Source: Anthoceros angustus (lineage: Eukaryota > Plantae > Anthocerotophyta). Taken from it: DNA of 64,000 bases. Shown in pieces: positions 25,965 to 38,460 of this stretch. The position numbers and the translations under genes are program-made. Numbering within the stretch: the first letter of the stretch is position 1; every line of letters begins with the position of its first letter. The stretch spans positions 1-64,000 of the forward strand of contig VJWM01000220.1 of the NCBI GenBank assembly GCA_010909165.1. Direction: 5' to 3'. The notes below the pieces were generated by a model, which worked only from the letters and a program-made list of their open reading frames with translations, ran no database searches and was not told the origin of the DNA.

Positions 25965-28900
25965 TTGGGAAAAGAGCTGAGCCTTTATAGAGAGGAACAC
26001 AACACTCCCATACAATATGGGTTATATGCACTAGGCACACTAGATACTAGCACACAAGCACACAAGAACACTTGCACACACCACACCTTACAAGTAGGTG
26101 GGCTTGGCCTTATATAGTCCTAGCCTTGAATCCTACTGGTCACTTGACCTTGAATCCTATTGGTTACTTGACCTTGCCCTTTACTTTTGGACTTTCTAGA
26201 AGATACTTTCTAGAAGATACTTTCTAGAAGATGCATGACTTTCAAGTATGTTATTTTAGGGCACTCTTCATAACCTGCTTTTAGGGCACTCTTCATAACA
26301 TATTTTGATATGTTGTAATAAATCACTTCTAACACTCCCACTCAACATATCAAAATTATTCCCTTAGGCCTAGCATCTTGCTAAACCTAGCATGTTTTTC
26401 TAAAGTCAAGGCTTTGGTCAAAATATCTGCCGGCATGTCTCTGTTGGACAATACTCTAGCTTTACCTCTTTTGACTTTACCTTCTCTCTTATAAAGTGAT
26501 GTTTCACTTGATGTGCTTGGTTCTAGCATGAAAAGTTGCATTCTTGGCTAAGAAGATGCAACCTTGATTGTCGTTGAAGATTGTTGTTGCTTCCTTTGCT
26601 TGAATCCCATCTCCTCTAGCAAGTTACGCAACCATATCGCCTCCATGACCGCAGAGCATGTTGCCATATATTCTCAGAGGATAGAGCCACGAGGTTGTCT
26701 CCTACTATTCCATGAAATGGCTCCCCATTCGGCATAAGCGCATATCCGATCGTAGACTTGCGACTATCAACATCTCCGCCCGAATCACAATATCCTACCA
26801 CTCGGACTTCCTGCGATGCTGTTGATACACCAAATTCCAATGCTTTGTACCACTCAAGTACCTCATTATCCTCTTCACGGCTTGAAAGCTGTTGTCCGGG
26901 GTTAGCCATAAATTGACTTGCAACTCCACGCCTCTGCAATGTCGCCTTGTCCTCAGATAAATAGGTGAGGCATCCAACTGCGATAGAGAGTTTTATCTAC
27001 CTTCTCCTTCTCTTCTTGTAGGACTCATCTCCTTTGAGAGCTTCTCATTAAGCACCATTGGTGTCTTCACAGCTTGCACTCTTGCATTCCAAAGCGCTTG
27101 AGGACATTCTCAACATATGTCCTTTGGCTCAAAGAGATCTTCTTGTTAGCCTCTCTCATTACTTCTATCCCTAGAAAGTAATGAAGTTCACCTAGATCCC
27201 TCATATCAAAACTATCATTAAGACTCTTCTTGTACTCTCTAAGAGCTCCAAATCATTGCAAACAAGGATTAGATCATCCACATAGACAGCAATGATCATC
27301 ATGGACTCTCCCACTCTCTTCACATAGATGTTCCAATCTCCATTGGTTTTCTTGAAACCTCTAGCTTGGAAGAACTTGTCAATCTTAACATACCGGTAAG
27401 TGCAGTTGCTTAAGACCATAGAGTGCCTTTAGCAATTTACATACCTCACTTTCGCCCGGCACTTCATACCCTTCCGTTGGTTCATGTAGATCTCTTCTTC
27501 CAAATCTCCATTGAAACGCAGTTTGGACATCCATGTGATGTATCTCCGGATCCATGGTAGCGCTATTGCTAAGAGTATACGAATGGATGTTATCTTAGCA
27601 ATGGGAGAAAGTGTCGGTGTAGTCAATACACGCTTGTGTATATCCCTTCCCACCAGCCTTGCTTTGTATCGCTCTATGCTCCCATCAGTTGTGCTTGATC
27701 TTGAACACCCATTTGGATCCTATGCACTTCCTTCCTTGGGGTAGAGGAGTGATTTCCCAAGTCTTGTTCTTGATAAGTGAGTTATACTCACTATCCGTGG
27801 CTTCTTTCCACTCCTTCGCCTTTGGCCCTTCCAAGGCTTCCTTCAAGCTTTGCGGCTCATCAAGATCCGCCAACATAGCCTCTTCGTACTTGCATGCATT
27901 CATGGACTCCAAAATTTTCTCGAAGGTTTCCATCGCCTTGATGATCTCGATCGGGTGACTCCTCTTGGATTCTTGATCTCGCTCCTCTTCATCATCCTCG
28001 ATATCCGGGCTTCTCCACCTTCTATATCACCTTGTGGTAGAGGTTGCTCATGCTCGGGAACAGTTGAGCATGCTCAAGAGTAGGTTGCTCAAGAACCAAG
28101 TCTTGTGCTTCTTCACGCTCCTTCAACTCCTTGATGACAACTTGCGTTGCTCCCACTCCTTTGTTAGGTTCCACAACCTCATGAAAAACAACATCCTCGA
28201 AAATGATTTTCTTGGTTGTAGGGTTGTATAATCTATACCCTTTACCTCATCGAATACCCAAGCATGATGCACTGGATGCCTTTAGGATCCCACTTGGTTC
28301 GGTTTTGCTTTGGAACATGAGCATAAACCTCGAACCAAAGATCCTAAAATGACTCACGTTAGGTTTGACACTGACCATGCCTCCTCCGGTCATTCCAGTC
28401 TGACCTTGGTTGGAACTCTATTCAAAACATGAGTTCTGTAAGACCTCTCCCAAAACGTACCTCCAACCCACTTTGATGGAGCATGCACTTGGCCGCCTCC
28501 ACTAGGCTCCTTAGCTTGCGCCCGCCACTCCATTTTGCTCCGGTGTGTGAGGAATTGTTAGTTGCCTCCGAATGCCATGCTCCTTGCAAAAGCTTTTGAA
28601 TTGAGAAGAGATGTATTCTCCTCCATTGTCACTCCTAGTCTTGAGGCATTCTCCACTTTCGTTCTCCACCAAGGCTTTCCACTCCTTGAATGTCTTGAAC
28701 ACTTGGACTTCTCCTTCAAAAGGTATGTCCAACTCCTCCTTGTGAAGTCATCCACAAACACTAGAATGTAGCGGGCTCCTCCATGGGTAGGGTTCTTCAT
28801 TGGTCCACACATCGGTGTGTACAAGTTCCAACGCCTTCTTTTCGGCGCTCCAATCCTTGGGAACTTGGTTCGGTGAAGCTTTCCCATCATGCACCCTTGG

Positions 28901-30846
28901 CACAATCGCGGCTCACCAATATCTTTCAAATCCAAGCCGGTCACCATTTGTTGATTCTTCATCATCTTGATGTTGTCCACTCCAGTGCCCCAAGCGTTGA
29001 TGCCACAAATCTATTGACCCAGTGCTCTTAGGCGAGCTTGACACAAATGTGCAAGCTTGTTGATCACCTACGCACACACAACTTGTAGAGATTGCCTTCC
29101 GAACACCTCGAGCTATCACCTTGACATTAGGTGATTACGGTTGCTCGGGTTGGATCGACATCCTCGAGTTGAACACAATCTCATTCCGGTCGTGATTCTT
29201 GCTCGAAAGAAGATTCTTAAGACCAGCACATGGTGTACATCCTTGATTGTACCTTTGGATGGTCCTCCAGGGAGTTGAACTTTAATCACACCTCTTCCTT
29301 TGATCTCGTGTGACCTATTGTCTCCAAGCGCCACTTTATGCCCCGCCGGCATTTCTTCATAGCTTGAGAACCAAGGCCGATTGTAGGTGAAGTGTTGAGA
29401 TGCTCCAGAGTCGAGGTACAAACTCTCATCCTTCTTTGATGGGAGTTGTCGTACTCTTTCTACGGTTGAGACAGCGAAAAGATGTTCTTCCTTCTCACTC
29501 ACTTGATTGGCTTGTGACTCCTTTCCCTTCTTCTTCAAGTCAGCCAACCTTGTCCTACAATCCTTGGCATAGTGATTAGGCTTTTGCAATAATGGCAAGT
29601 ACCCCACACCTTTTCTTCGCACCTTTTCTCCTTGATCCTTCTTGAGTTGGCTTGTGAAGTCTTCCCACGTGTTGTTCCCTTCTTTGAGAAGAGCACCGAG
29701 TCTCCATTCTCTTCTTTCTTGAAGGAATTCTCCAGCTCCTCTTGTAGGAGCAACCCAACCACCTCATCCAACGTTGGTGGTTGGTCGCTTGGACGCATCG
29801 CTACCGACGTTCTAAAGGCCAACACAAATTGCTTGTATGCGGATGGTAAGCTACTCAGCAACACCACGATAACCTTTCTTCAAGGTTTGACGTCCGCCGC
29901 CTTCATTTGATCCACCAAGTTCTTCAACTTGTTGACGTGTTGTTGAATGGTGTCACCCTCGACCATCTTGAAGTTGGCGAATTGTTGCTCCAACAACATC
30001 TCATTCACCAAGCTCTTCTTCTCATACGTGTTGCAGAGGGTCGTCCACGCCGCTTTTGATGTTGCACACTCACTCAATTGAGAGAGTATGTCATCGGACA
30101 CATTGAGGAGAATCGCCGCCGTCCATCTTTCTCGGTGTCCACTTGGTGGGTGTTTCTCGAGGCCATTGTCGACAAACTTCCATAGTCCTCGATCGATGAG
30201 AAGCATCTTCAACTTCCACAATGTGAAGTTTGTGCCTCCAAACTTCTCCACTAGACGTGTCTCCATGCTTGTTGACGCCATGCCTAGTTTCCCTACAATT
30301 GATCTTGAAGACCAAAGCACCTCACTCACATGCACTACAAGATTAGTATCAAGACCTTTCCAATTGCACACAAGTTCTCACAAGCTCTAGGCTAAGAACT
30401 ATGCAATAGGACTTGACTCAAGTAACAATGCAAGGGGCATTCTATAAGGCTCTTGAACATGGCTCTATTACCATAAAGGAAAAGAGCTTAGCGTTTATAG
30501 AGAGGGAACACAACACTCCCATACAATATGGGTTATATGCACTAGGCACACTAGAAACTAGCACACAAGCACACAAGAACACTTGCATACACCACACCTT
30601 ACAAGTAGGTGGGCTTGGCCTTATATAGTCCTAGCCTTGGATCCTACTGGTCACTTGACCTTGAATCCTATTGGTTACTTGACCTTGCCCTTTACTTTTG
30701 GACTTTCTAGAAGATACTTTCTAGAAGATACTTTCTAGAAGATGCATGACTTTCAAGTATGTTATTTTTAGGGCACTCTTCATAACCTGCTTTTAGGGCA
30801 CTCTTCATAACATATTTTGATATGTTGTAATAAATCACTTCTAACA
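25965..30846 (-). mobile_element. Ty1/copia element E, full length (about 4.9 kb), relatively young
   Basis: LTRs about 25965-26334 and 30474-30846 with only a handful of differences; TSD tgttc (25959-25963 / 30847-30851); PBS tggtaatagagcc; PPT gagtgggag. Gag VEKFGGTNFTLWK, protease YLDSGASQH, integrase VDDFTR/SDNGGEY/PEQNGVA, RT AVYVDDLI, RNase H ADILTKAL. Confidence 0.97.
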
Positions 30847-31590
30847 TGTTCAACTCGTAATGCGCATCTAACCAGCTTCCACATTTAGTATACATGTCAA
30901 TACCAACAAACAAGCAACAAAAAAAGTGTTACCAACAGACACATTTGAATCGAAGTACTCACAAGCAGCTTCGACGTTGACCCTCTTTCGCTTTTCCAGA
31001 CAGGTTACTTTGATGTCCTGCCCATCCACGACCTCAGATTACTCCTGATAGGCAGGATGTTCGCAGGGCTAAATGTTGGCAGCTTAATGCATAAATGCCA
31101 TCATCTGGACACGTATCTTGTCGACGACCGCCTCTTCCATTGAGTGGTGGGCAACAGACCCTAAAGCTTCGATGCTGGAATGGGAGTACAAGAGGTGAAG
31201 CATGGTGAGTACAAGCAATCACAAAACCTACCTTTCTCGAATCTCAGCAAGAACTGACATCATCAGCAGGCACAAGAGTGGCAACTTTACTGGCTTTGCA
31301 CATTCTAGTCAAGCTCGTAGCTAGAATTATTGGAATGTAAGCAAACTCATTGCCTTTGTTCATAGCTCCCTTATCAATCAGCTCCTAGTATGGCTAGAGA
31401 GAAGCAGCAAGCCTATACAGGACAAGGTGAAAAATTCTTCTCTCCTCGCTGATTAGCTCTTAACTTGCTTGTGCAGATTTGTCGCTGGCAGAGTTTTCGC
31501 AAGTTGCAACACAGCCAGTCCCAGACTCAGACTGGGAGAATTGGGACAGCACAAGTTGCCCTAACACATAGATTAGGATCCGGTGGCACT
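30847..31590. pseudogene. PPR relic (interrupted by copia E) and inverted copy of the shared downstream module
   Basis: Minus strand VGIDMYTKCGSWLDAHYE at 30850-30913; 31180-31440 is the reverse complement of about 34090-34410. Confidence 0.75.
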
Positions 31591-31594
31591 ACTA

Positions 31595-32755
31595 CTATGA
31601 CACGAACACTGCCATTGATCCGGTGATGGGGACTCTGCAAGTAGGGCAAGGAATGGCCCGGTCCAGGGCCCGCTTCATACACGACTTGCACAACAGGAAA
31701 TGAAAGCAAGGTAAGACGATGCTGTGCCTGGGCTCCACATAGCAGACCTTGCACATACTCTTCTCCCGCTCTGCCTCCAGATCCTGACGCAGCGTGTCCC
31801 TCTCGGACTCAAGTTCCACAATCTGATTCCGATGCGTATTCCTACGGGTCAGCGCATCCCTTCGCGCAAAGGCTATACCCTTTCGCAGCTCGGCGTTCTC
31901 GTCCTCCAGCCTCCGCCGCTCAGCAGCGACATGTACAGCGGCATCCCTTGCCTCTCTTCTTCCTCACCTTCTCCTTCTCCTCCTCCAAAATCTGTGGCAA
32001 GCTCATGCCGGCGGACGCGCGTACAGCAAACCCCTCCATCTTCAGCGACATCCCTTTTACCCAGTCACTGCATTGCCTGTCCTCGAGCGCTTCCCCGCCA
32101 CATGCGACGCCGCCTGCATACAGGCACGCACCCGTGGACCCCGGCCCATCGTCTAGATTCCCCAATTCTGCACAAGACAAGTTACACAATGGCAATTTGT
32201 CTCTCCTCCGAAGTCGGAGTCGGTTTTGCATAAGGATCTCTAAACCTGGAGCCTCAGCTCTCTGCTCCTGACTGCGCTCCCGCTCTCTGCGCTCGTTTTG
32301 GATCACGTCGATCTTGCTGATGGCCTGCTTCTTCCTCCATGCGGCATTCGCGAGCACGGCTACCGAATCGTTTCTGGTTTGCCTGACCAATGCCGACAAC
32401 TTCAATATCGCGGACGCACACCACAAAAGCCTTCCTGCTCCTGGAGCCTCTCCTCCAGCTCCTTGTCGGACACCTGCCTCAGGTCCGCAGCCAGCATAGC
32501 CTCCTCCTTAGCCTGCGTGTTCTCCTCCGGATCCTCAGCCAACCTAGCCACCTCCTCAGCCTGTCTAGCCTCCTCATCAGCCAGCCAAGCCTGGTACTCA
32601 GCGCGCCTACCCTCCTCCTCAGCCAGCCTAGCCGCCCTCGGAGCCTTCTCAACTACCTTGGGTAGCCTAGCCTGCAGCTTGTTCATAGCTAGCTCGGCCT
32701 CTGCGCATGCCTCAGCCGCCATAGCTGGCCTGGACACTTCCACACGTCCCGCCAT
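31595..32755 (-). CDS. Coiled-coil + RING-HC (C3HC4) protein, putative E3 ubiquitin ligase; family copy 3 (about 2 frameshifts, possibly sequence errors)
   Basis: Three successive ORFs: MAGRVEVS...MLAADLRQVSDKELEERLQEQE; KQAISKIDVIQNERRERE; and intact RING CKVCYVEPRHSIVLPCFHFLLCKSCMKRALDRAIPCPTCRVPITGS. Shared leader and aATGGCGG start context. Confidence 0.75.
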
Positions 32756-33075
32756 TCTTCGCTACCAGCTTGCAGACCCAAGTGCGTTCACGCTCCCTTG
32801 CATGCAGAGGTGGAAGAGAACTTGGTTGGATGAGAATGACTTTGAGACACACATGGGAGCGTATTTATAATAAGAGCAAGCGTTGCTATACCCTAAAGCA
32901 AGGGCAGGGTACCGAGGCATCGTCCCACGCTGGCGGCTGGCCTTGATGATCGAATATCGAATATAAAATATCCAACCGGAACGGAGTATGCCATACAAAC
33001 CAGCTCACGGCATGGCTTGGTTTATACTAGCGTGAAAGGTGAGGATACTGGGCTTTGCATCGTGGCTGCCAAGGA

Positions 33076-33981
33076 ATGGCGGGTGAGAAGGAGGGTAACC
33101 TGGCTGACGATCTGATGCTGCTGAGCGACGACGAGCTGGAGGAGGAGTTCGAGGAGTAAAGTTGTGCGGCACTGTGAGACGAATTCTCAACAGGCCACGC
33201 ACAGGCTGCAACTGATCCGCAACGAACGGACAAAGCGTGACGACAGGCGGAGGAACCTGGCTGCGTCCCTTGAGCTCTTGTCCTACGAGGAGCTGCTGGA
33301 AAGCCTGAGGAGGAAAGAAGTTCTGCTTGACGCGAAGACAGAACTTCTGCTTTGCGCGGAGGAAGAAGTGACAAGCTGTGTCAGAAACGAACCCAAAAGG
33401 GTGCAAACAAACACAAAGCGTTGTACACACTGACCAAGAACCAACAGCAGACCAATCTCCGAGTCATCCGCACCGAGCGCAGGGAGCATGAGCTTATTAG
33501 AGAGCGTGAAGGGATTGAGCGTCCAGAAGGCTCTGGAACGCGGGCGGGACCCACGGAAGTGGAGGAGGGAAAGAGAGAGAGCAGCCAAGCGGCGGAGGAT
33601 GACGGAGGACATGGAGGCAACGGATCCGGATGCGGGTTTCGCTGCCGAGCTGCAGAGATTGGAGGAGGAGAAGGAGGCCTGGGATGCGGTGAGGGCGACA
33701 AGGGATTTGGCTGTCTGTACCAAACTGTGGAGGCTGCTGGAGGAGAACTCTTGGTTGCGGGCAGCTGTCGCCTTCCTTGAGTCGGACAGGAACGAGATGC
33801 GTGAGTACCTGGAGGAAGAGCAGGAGAAGATTATGTGCACGATCTGCTGGGAGCAGGCCAGGACACCGTCATCGTACCTTGCCGTCATTTCCTGTATTGC
33901 AACTCCTGCACGCAGCAGATGGGTGATTGCCCTGTTTGCAGAGTCCTGATCACCGGAACAATGGTCTCGTCTGTGCGCTAA
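33076..33981 (+). CDS. Coiled-coil + RING-HC protein, family copy 4 (stops/frameshifts; gene or recent pseudogene)
   Basis: MAGEKEGNLADDLMLLSDDELEEEFEE*, LQLIRNERTKRDDRRRNLAASLELLSYEELLESL, then ...EQEKIMCTICWEQAR. One added G restores DTVIVPCRHFLYCNSCTQQMGDCPVCRVLITGTMVSSVR*. Confidence 0.7.
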
Positions 33982-34413
33982 TAGTGCTGCTGCTGCTGTT
34001 CCAATTTCCAATTTGGGCCAGGAAAGAAGAGGCAAGCGACAAGAGTGGACACGCGAGGGAGCATGCAACAAACGGGAGAAATTAAAAGAAAAGAAAATTT
34101 CACCTTGTCCTCTATAGCTGCCTGTTGCTCCTTCCAGCTAGTCTTGGTACATACTGGTTTTTAGTACAGAGGAAAGCTGGTTGATCAAGGTAGCTATGAA
34201 CAAAGGTAGACAGGTTTGCTGACATTGGCCTTCTGTCCAGACGTGTCTGTGGACTTGAATACTTGTTTCTAGCTACGAGCTTGACTAGAATGTGCAAAGC
34301 CAGTAAAGTTGCCACCTTGTGCCTGCTGATAATGTCAGTTCTTGCTGAGATTCGGAAAGGTAGGTTTTGTGATTGCTGGCACTCACCATGCTTCACCTCT
34401 TGCCGTACTCACT

Positions 34414-34455
34414 CTGTTGTGAATTCCACCAAGCTTGTGGTGGAATTCACAACAG
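34414..34455. repeat. Palindrome with 18-bp perfect arms
   Basis: ctgttgtgaattccacca-agcttg-tggtggaattcacaacag. Confidence 0.95.
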
Positions 34456-34915
34456 TTCCACCACACGGATATAATGGCGAAGTCGGGACCCGTCCATGGC
34501 TTCTCAGGGAGAAGGAAATTGGTACCCATTTCGATAACATGATCTTTCATGACATCAGGGTCCGGCTGCCTGTGAAAGGGAACAACATGCTCACGAAAGT
34601 CGGCGCGTGGGGAAGGGAAGTGCAATGATTTTGCAGATATAACCCATAGTGTTTTTCCAAAAGTAAAGGCAGGGTATAACAAATTTTTTCTCACCTTCGG
34701 CAGCAGCTGGAAGGGGTGAGCGCCCTTCTATGACCCAAGCGGGGGCTAGTGGGGATCTGTGGACTCGGGCGATCTGCCGGCTCGGGTTGAACGTGTTGTG
34801 TCCGTGATGTGTCCGATCCAAGTCGGGAGTTGGGTGACAGACCTCTCCGAAGGGATGAGGTCTGGCGCTCGTTAGAGTGGGGGGACTGCGTGAGGCGGGC
34901 AACCGAGCAGCGACA

Positions 34916-36344
34916 ACCCTCCCCTCTCGGCAGTGGAGGGATAACATAGCATGACGACATCCCGATCAACCTTCCGACCGACAACCTGTGGACCTCCCCA
35001 CCCACCGTCACTTTTATGGCAACCCCACTCACTTTTATGGCAACCGCGGTACGGTTATCTATCTGGGTGAGATGCAAATGGCCTTTGTTTGCATGTTGGT
35101 AGCACCTGTGGCATTTTCACGCGTTAGTTTCAGGAAGTAATCAGCTGCCATCCGTATCATGCAGAAGGGGTTTGAGAAATTCTCCATTGTGGCCTTTACC
35201 TGAAGAAATTCTCAAAGGTGGTGGCCTTAACCCTGAACTCTTTGCCAGGCCTGATGCTTACATGCATGCTGAATGTGGGAGCAGGGTGGCCCAGCATTTG
35301 ATAAATTACACGGCTCACTCCTAAAAATCAGCATGTCTCGTACAGACAAGGGAGGGATGCCCGTGTGTTGTTCTTTCCTCGCTTCGCACAGGTCCGTGAA
35401 ATCGAACAGATCAAACGAGAATAAAACACACATACAAAACAACATCGTGATTTAGCAGAAACTGCTAAGAGCGCCTCCAGTGCGGTGAGACAGGGTGTTC
35501 GGCTAATGCGCATCAACCCAGCTTCCACATCTAGTATACATGTCAATACCAACAAACAAGCAACAACAAAAGTGTTACCAGCAGACACATTTGAATCGGA
35601 GCACGCACAAGCAGCTTCGACGTTGACCCTCCCTCTCGGCAGTGGAGGGATAACATAGCATGACGACATCCCGATCAACCTTCCGACCGACAACCCGTGG
35701 ACCTCTCCCCACCCACCGTCACTTTTATGGCAACCCCACCGTCACTTTTATGGCAACCGCGGTACGGTTATCTATCTGGGTGAGATGCAAATGGCCTTTG
35801 TTTGCATGTTGGTAGCACCCGTGGCATTTTCACGCGTTAGTTTCAGGAAGTAATCAGCTGCCATCCGTATCATGCAGAAGGGGTTTGAGAAATTCTCCAT
35901 TGTGGCCTTTACCTGAAGAAATTCTCAAAGGTGGTGGCCTTAACCCTGAACTCTTTGCCAGGCCTGATGCTTACATGCATGCTGAATGTGGGAGCAGGGT
36001 GGCCCAGCATTTGATAAATTACACGGCTCACTCCTAAAAATCAGCATGTCTCGTACAGACAAGGAGGGATGCCCGTGTGTTGTTCTTTCCTCGCTTCGCA
36101 CAGGTCCGTGAAATCGAACAGATCAAACGAGAATAAAACACACATACAAAACAACATCGTGATTTAGCAGAAACTGCTAAGAGCGCCTCCAGTGCGGTGA
36201 GACAGGGTGTTCGGCTAATGCGCATCAACCCAGCTTCCACATCTAGTATACATGTCAATACCAACAAACAAGCAACAACAAAAGTGTTACCAGCAGACAC
36301 ATTTGAATCGGAGCACGCACAAGCAGCTTCGACGTTGACCCTCC
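34916..36344. repeat. Tandem duplication, about 710-bp unit
   Basis: 34916-35625 repeated as 35626-36337; accctcc at all three boundaries. Confidence 0.95.
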
Positions 36345-37110
36345 TTCCCTTTTGCACACATGTTACTTTGATGTCCTGCCCGTCCACGACCTCAGATTAC
36401 TCCTGATGGGCAGGATGTTGGCAGGGCTAAATGTTGCATACATGTGAGCAAGAGTCCAGGGAAACAATTCAGGCTGAAGGCCACATTAGAGACTTTGTGA
36501 ATTTCTCGGGACATACGTGTCGACCAGATAGTTACCAATAACATTAAAACGTGGTGCTGCCAGCAACTGGCAACACTTCCTCCTCGAAAATCGAATGATT
36601 CCCGAAACAAATGAAGCAGTAAACCCATCACTAACTCAGTTCACAACAGACCAGGGCAAAACGCTGAACAGGAAAGAAATATCGTTACCATTCAGTAGTT
36701 GCAGGCCTGCTGCGTACAAGCAACTGCGTAGACAACCCCACTGTGACATGATTATCTTGTACAGACAGCATTGAGATCTCACCGGTACCTGAAATGAATC
36801 GGCCGCCCTAGTAAATCGCACAGTAACGACTACATCACTGTCATCGATGAAACAACCTCTCCTGGCAACTCCATCAAACCCCTGCGAGCATCCCTCAAGC
36901 TCCCACATTCTCCATCGAGCCATGACGCCCATTCACGATCCTGCACACGCCAGGCTCTGGCTTGTCCGGAGAGCTCGGATTGGAAGGTGACGCACCATGG
37001 CCCATCTGAATATCCAAAGAAACGAGCTGCCCATCAACACAACCTCCCTTGGGCAGGCTGTTTAACCACCGGACCTGCCCTTACGCTGGAAGGCAAACGA
37101 ACGCGAGCGC
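35130..37110. pseudogene. PPR-relic module, largely inverted relative to 24780-25920
   Basis: 36440-37110 is the reverse complement of 24780-25465; 35130-35310 is the reverse complement of about 25720-25905; 36170-36435 matches 25920-25963 plus 30850-31080 without copia E (empty site). Confidence 0.8.
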
Positions 37111-37177
37111 GTCTCCGAGTCACATGAGCCACTCGAACCGTTAGATTCAGCACAAAGGTGACGACTACTGAATGGCA

Positions 37178-37490
37178 GGTACTAACACACAAGCACACTT
37201 GCACACACCACACCCTACACCTAGCTGGGCTTGGCCTTACATAGTACTCAGCCTTGAATTCTATTGGTCTGTTGATTTTTCATGTGCTTGAATCCATCAC
37301 TTGGCTTTACCATCTCTTGGGCTTTCTAGAAGATACATGAGTTTCTAGAAGGTATACATATTTGTAATTTTAGCGCACTCTTCATAACCTATTTTTAGGG
37401 CACTCTTCATAACCTATTTTGATATGTGGTACCAAATTATTTCTAACACTCCCACTCAACATATCAAAATTATTCCCTTAGGTCTAGTAT
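37178..37490 (-). mobile_element. Truncated copia fragment related to element E (3' LTR, PPT, last codons of pol)
   Basis: Matches 26045-26375 (e.g. ttagggcactcttcataac x2, ttctaacactcccactcaacatatcaaaattattcccttagg) but is more diverged than E's own LTR pair. Confidence 0.85.
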
Positions 37491-37970
37491 CCCTACGCTC
37501 CTTGCGCATCGCTTGATGCTTGGCCTCAGCCTAGTTCTTGGGCGCAAAAGCCTTCCAGCCATTTGTTGACTCCAATGCCGAGAGAAGTTGTTTCTGCTCC
37601 TCGAGCCTCTCCACCAAAGAACTCGCTGGATGAGCCTTGGGCGTGAAATCCTCTCGCTGCCACGCCCGAGCGCCCTTGTAAATTAGTTGAAGCTTGTTCG
37701 TGTCCTGCTCCTTCTTCAATATGGTTCCTCCTCTCCTCTCTTGTGTAGCCAAGACCGCTAAATTGCTCTTGTTCGCCTCCTCTCCCAACGCGACAAAATT
37801 TTTTCCCCGCCTCGACCTCCCTCCTCCTCCCCGATGCTCCTTTAGCTCATCGTCACCTGTGCCTTTAATCTCCACAATGTACTTATGTTTCCATACCCAT
37901 AGAGTGTTCTCCTCCAACTCCTCGTCGAGTTCAAGTTCGCAGGCAGATTCACCTCCCCTTCACCTACTAT
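37491..37970 (-). pseudogene. Coiled-coil + RING family copy 5 (5' half only, start codon ATA)
   Basis: Leader tgggctctgcatcgctgctgcaaaggaATA, NLPANLNS, DTNKLQLI, LVERLEEQKQ; reverse-complement homologue of 45040-45545. Confidence 0.7.
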
Positions 37971-38267
37971 TCCTTTGCAGCAGCGATGCAGAGCCCAAAA
38001 GTATCACGCATTCTCTTTAAAAAATGTCACGCTGCGATGGTTACATATTACAATCGCTATATATTACAGTCCACTACTTATTGCGATCGCTTCACACGAT
38101 TAAAAGCTTATATAGGTATATACATACATTAATTAAGTATACTGGTAGTTGACAAAGAACCAGACACACATGAAATTACCAGGAACCCGAAATTGACATG
38201 CCTAGTAGCCGCAAGGATTCAAAGGACTTTTAAATAAAATAATAAGAATTAATTTTGAGGTTTTTAT

Positions 38268-38460
38268 TAATGGTCGGATGAATTTAGAGACTGATTTTTA
38301 TATTCTGTATGATGAGTTTAGAGAATGATCTAGACCATAAGGCATCATGCTTTAATTAATGGTCCGATGAGTTTAGAGAATGATCTAGATCATAAGGCAT
38401 CCTCTTTTGATCCAATGTCTCATGACCTTAGAGAGTGATCTAGATGATGAGGCCTCCTCT
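38268..38460. repeat. Degenerate 40-57 bp tandem repeat (homologue at 44475-44885)
   Basis: atgagtttagagaatgatctagatcataaggcatc recurs about 4 times in each location. Confidence 0.8.

Noticed and set aside
32300-32500. Resemblance of LAADLRQVSDKELEERL...IQNERRER to ribosomal uL29, or to the LSDxEL...LPDKG motif of plant SUMO-protease N-termini
   Set aside because: Only generic helical similarity; diagnostic residues are absent; cannot be supported without a profile search.
33157-33159. In-frame stops at Gln/Arg positions (also the RT motif at about 43651) as U-to-C editing sites
   Set aside because: Plant U-to-C editing is organellar; C-to-T decay or sequence error is sufficient.
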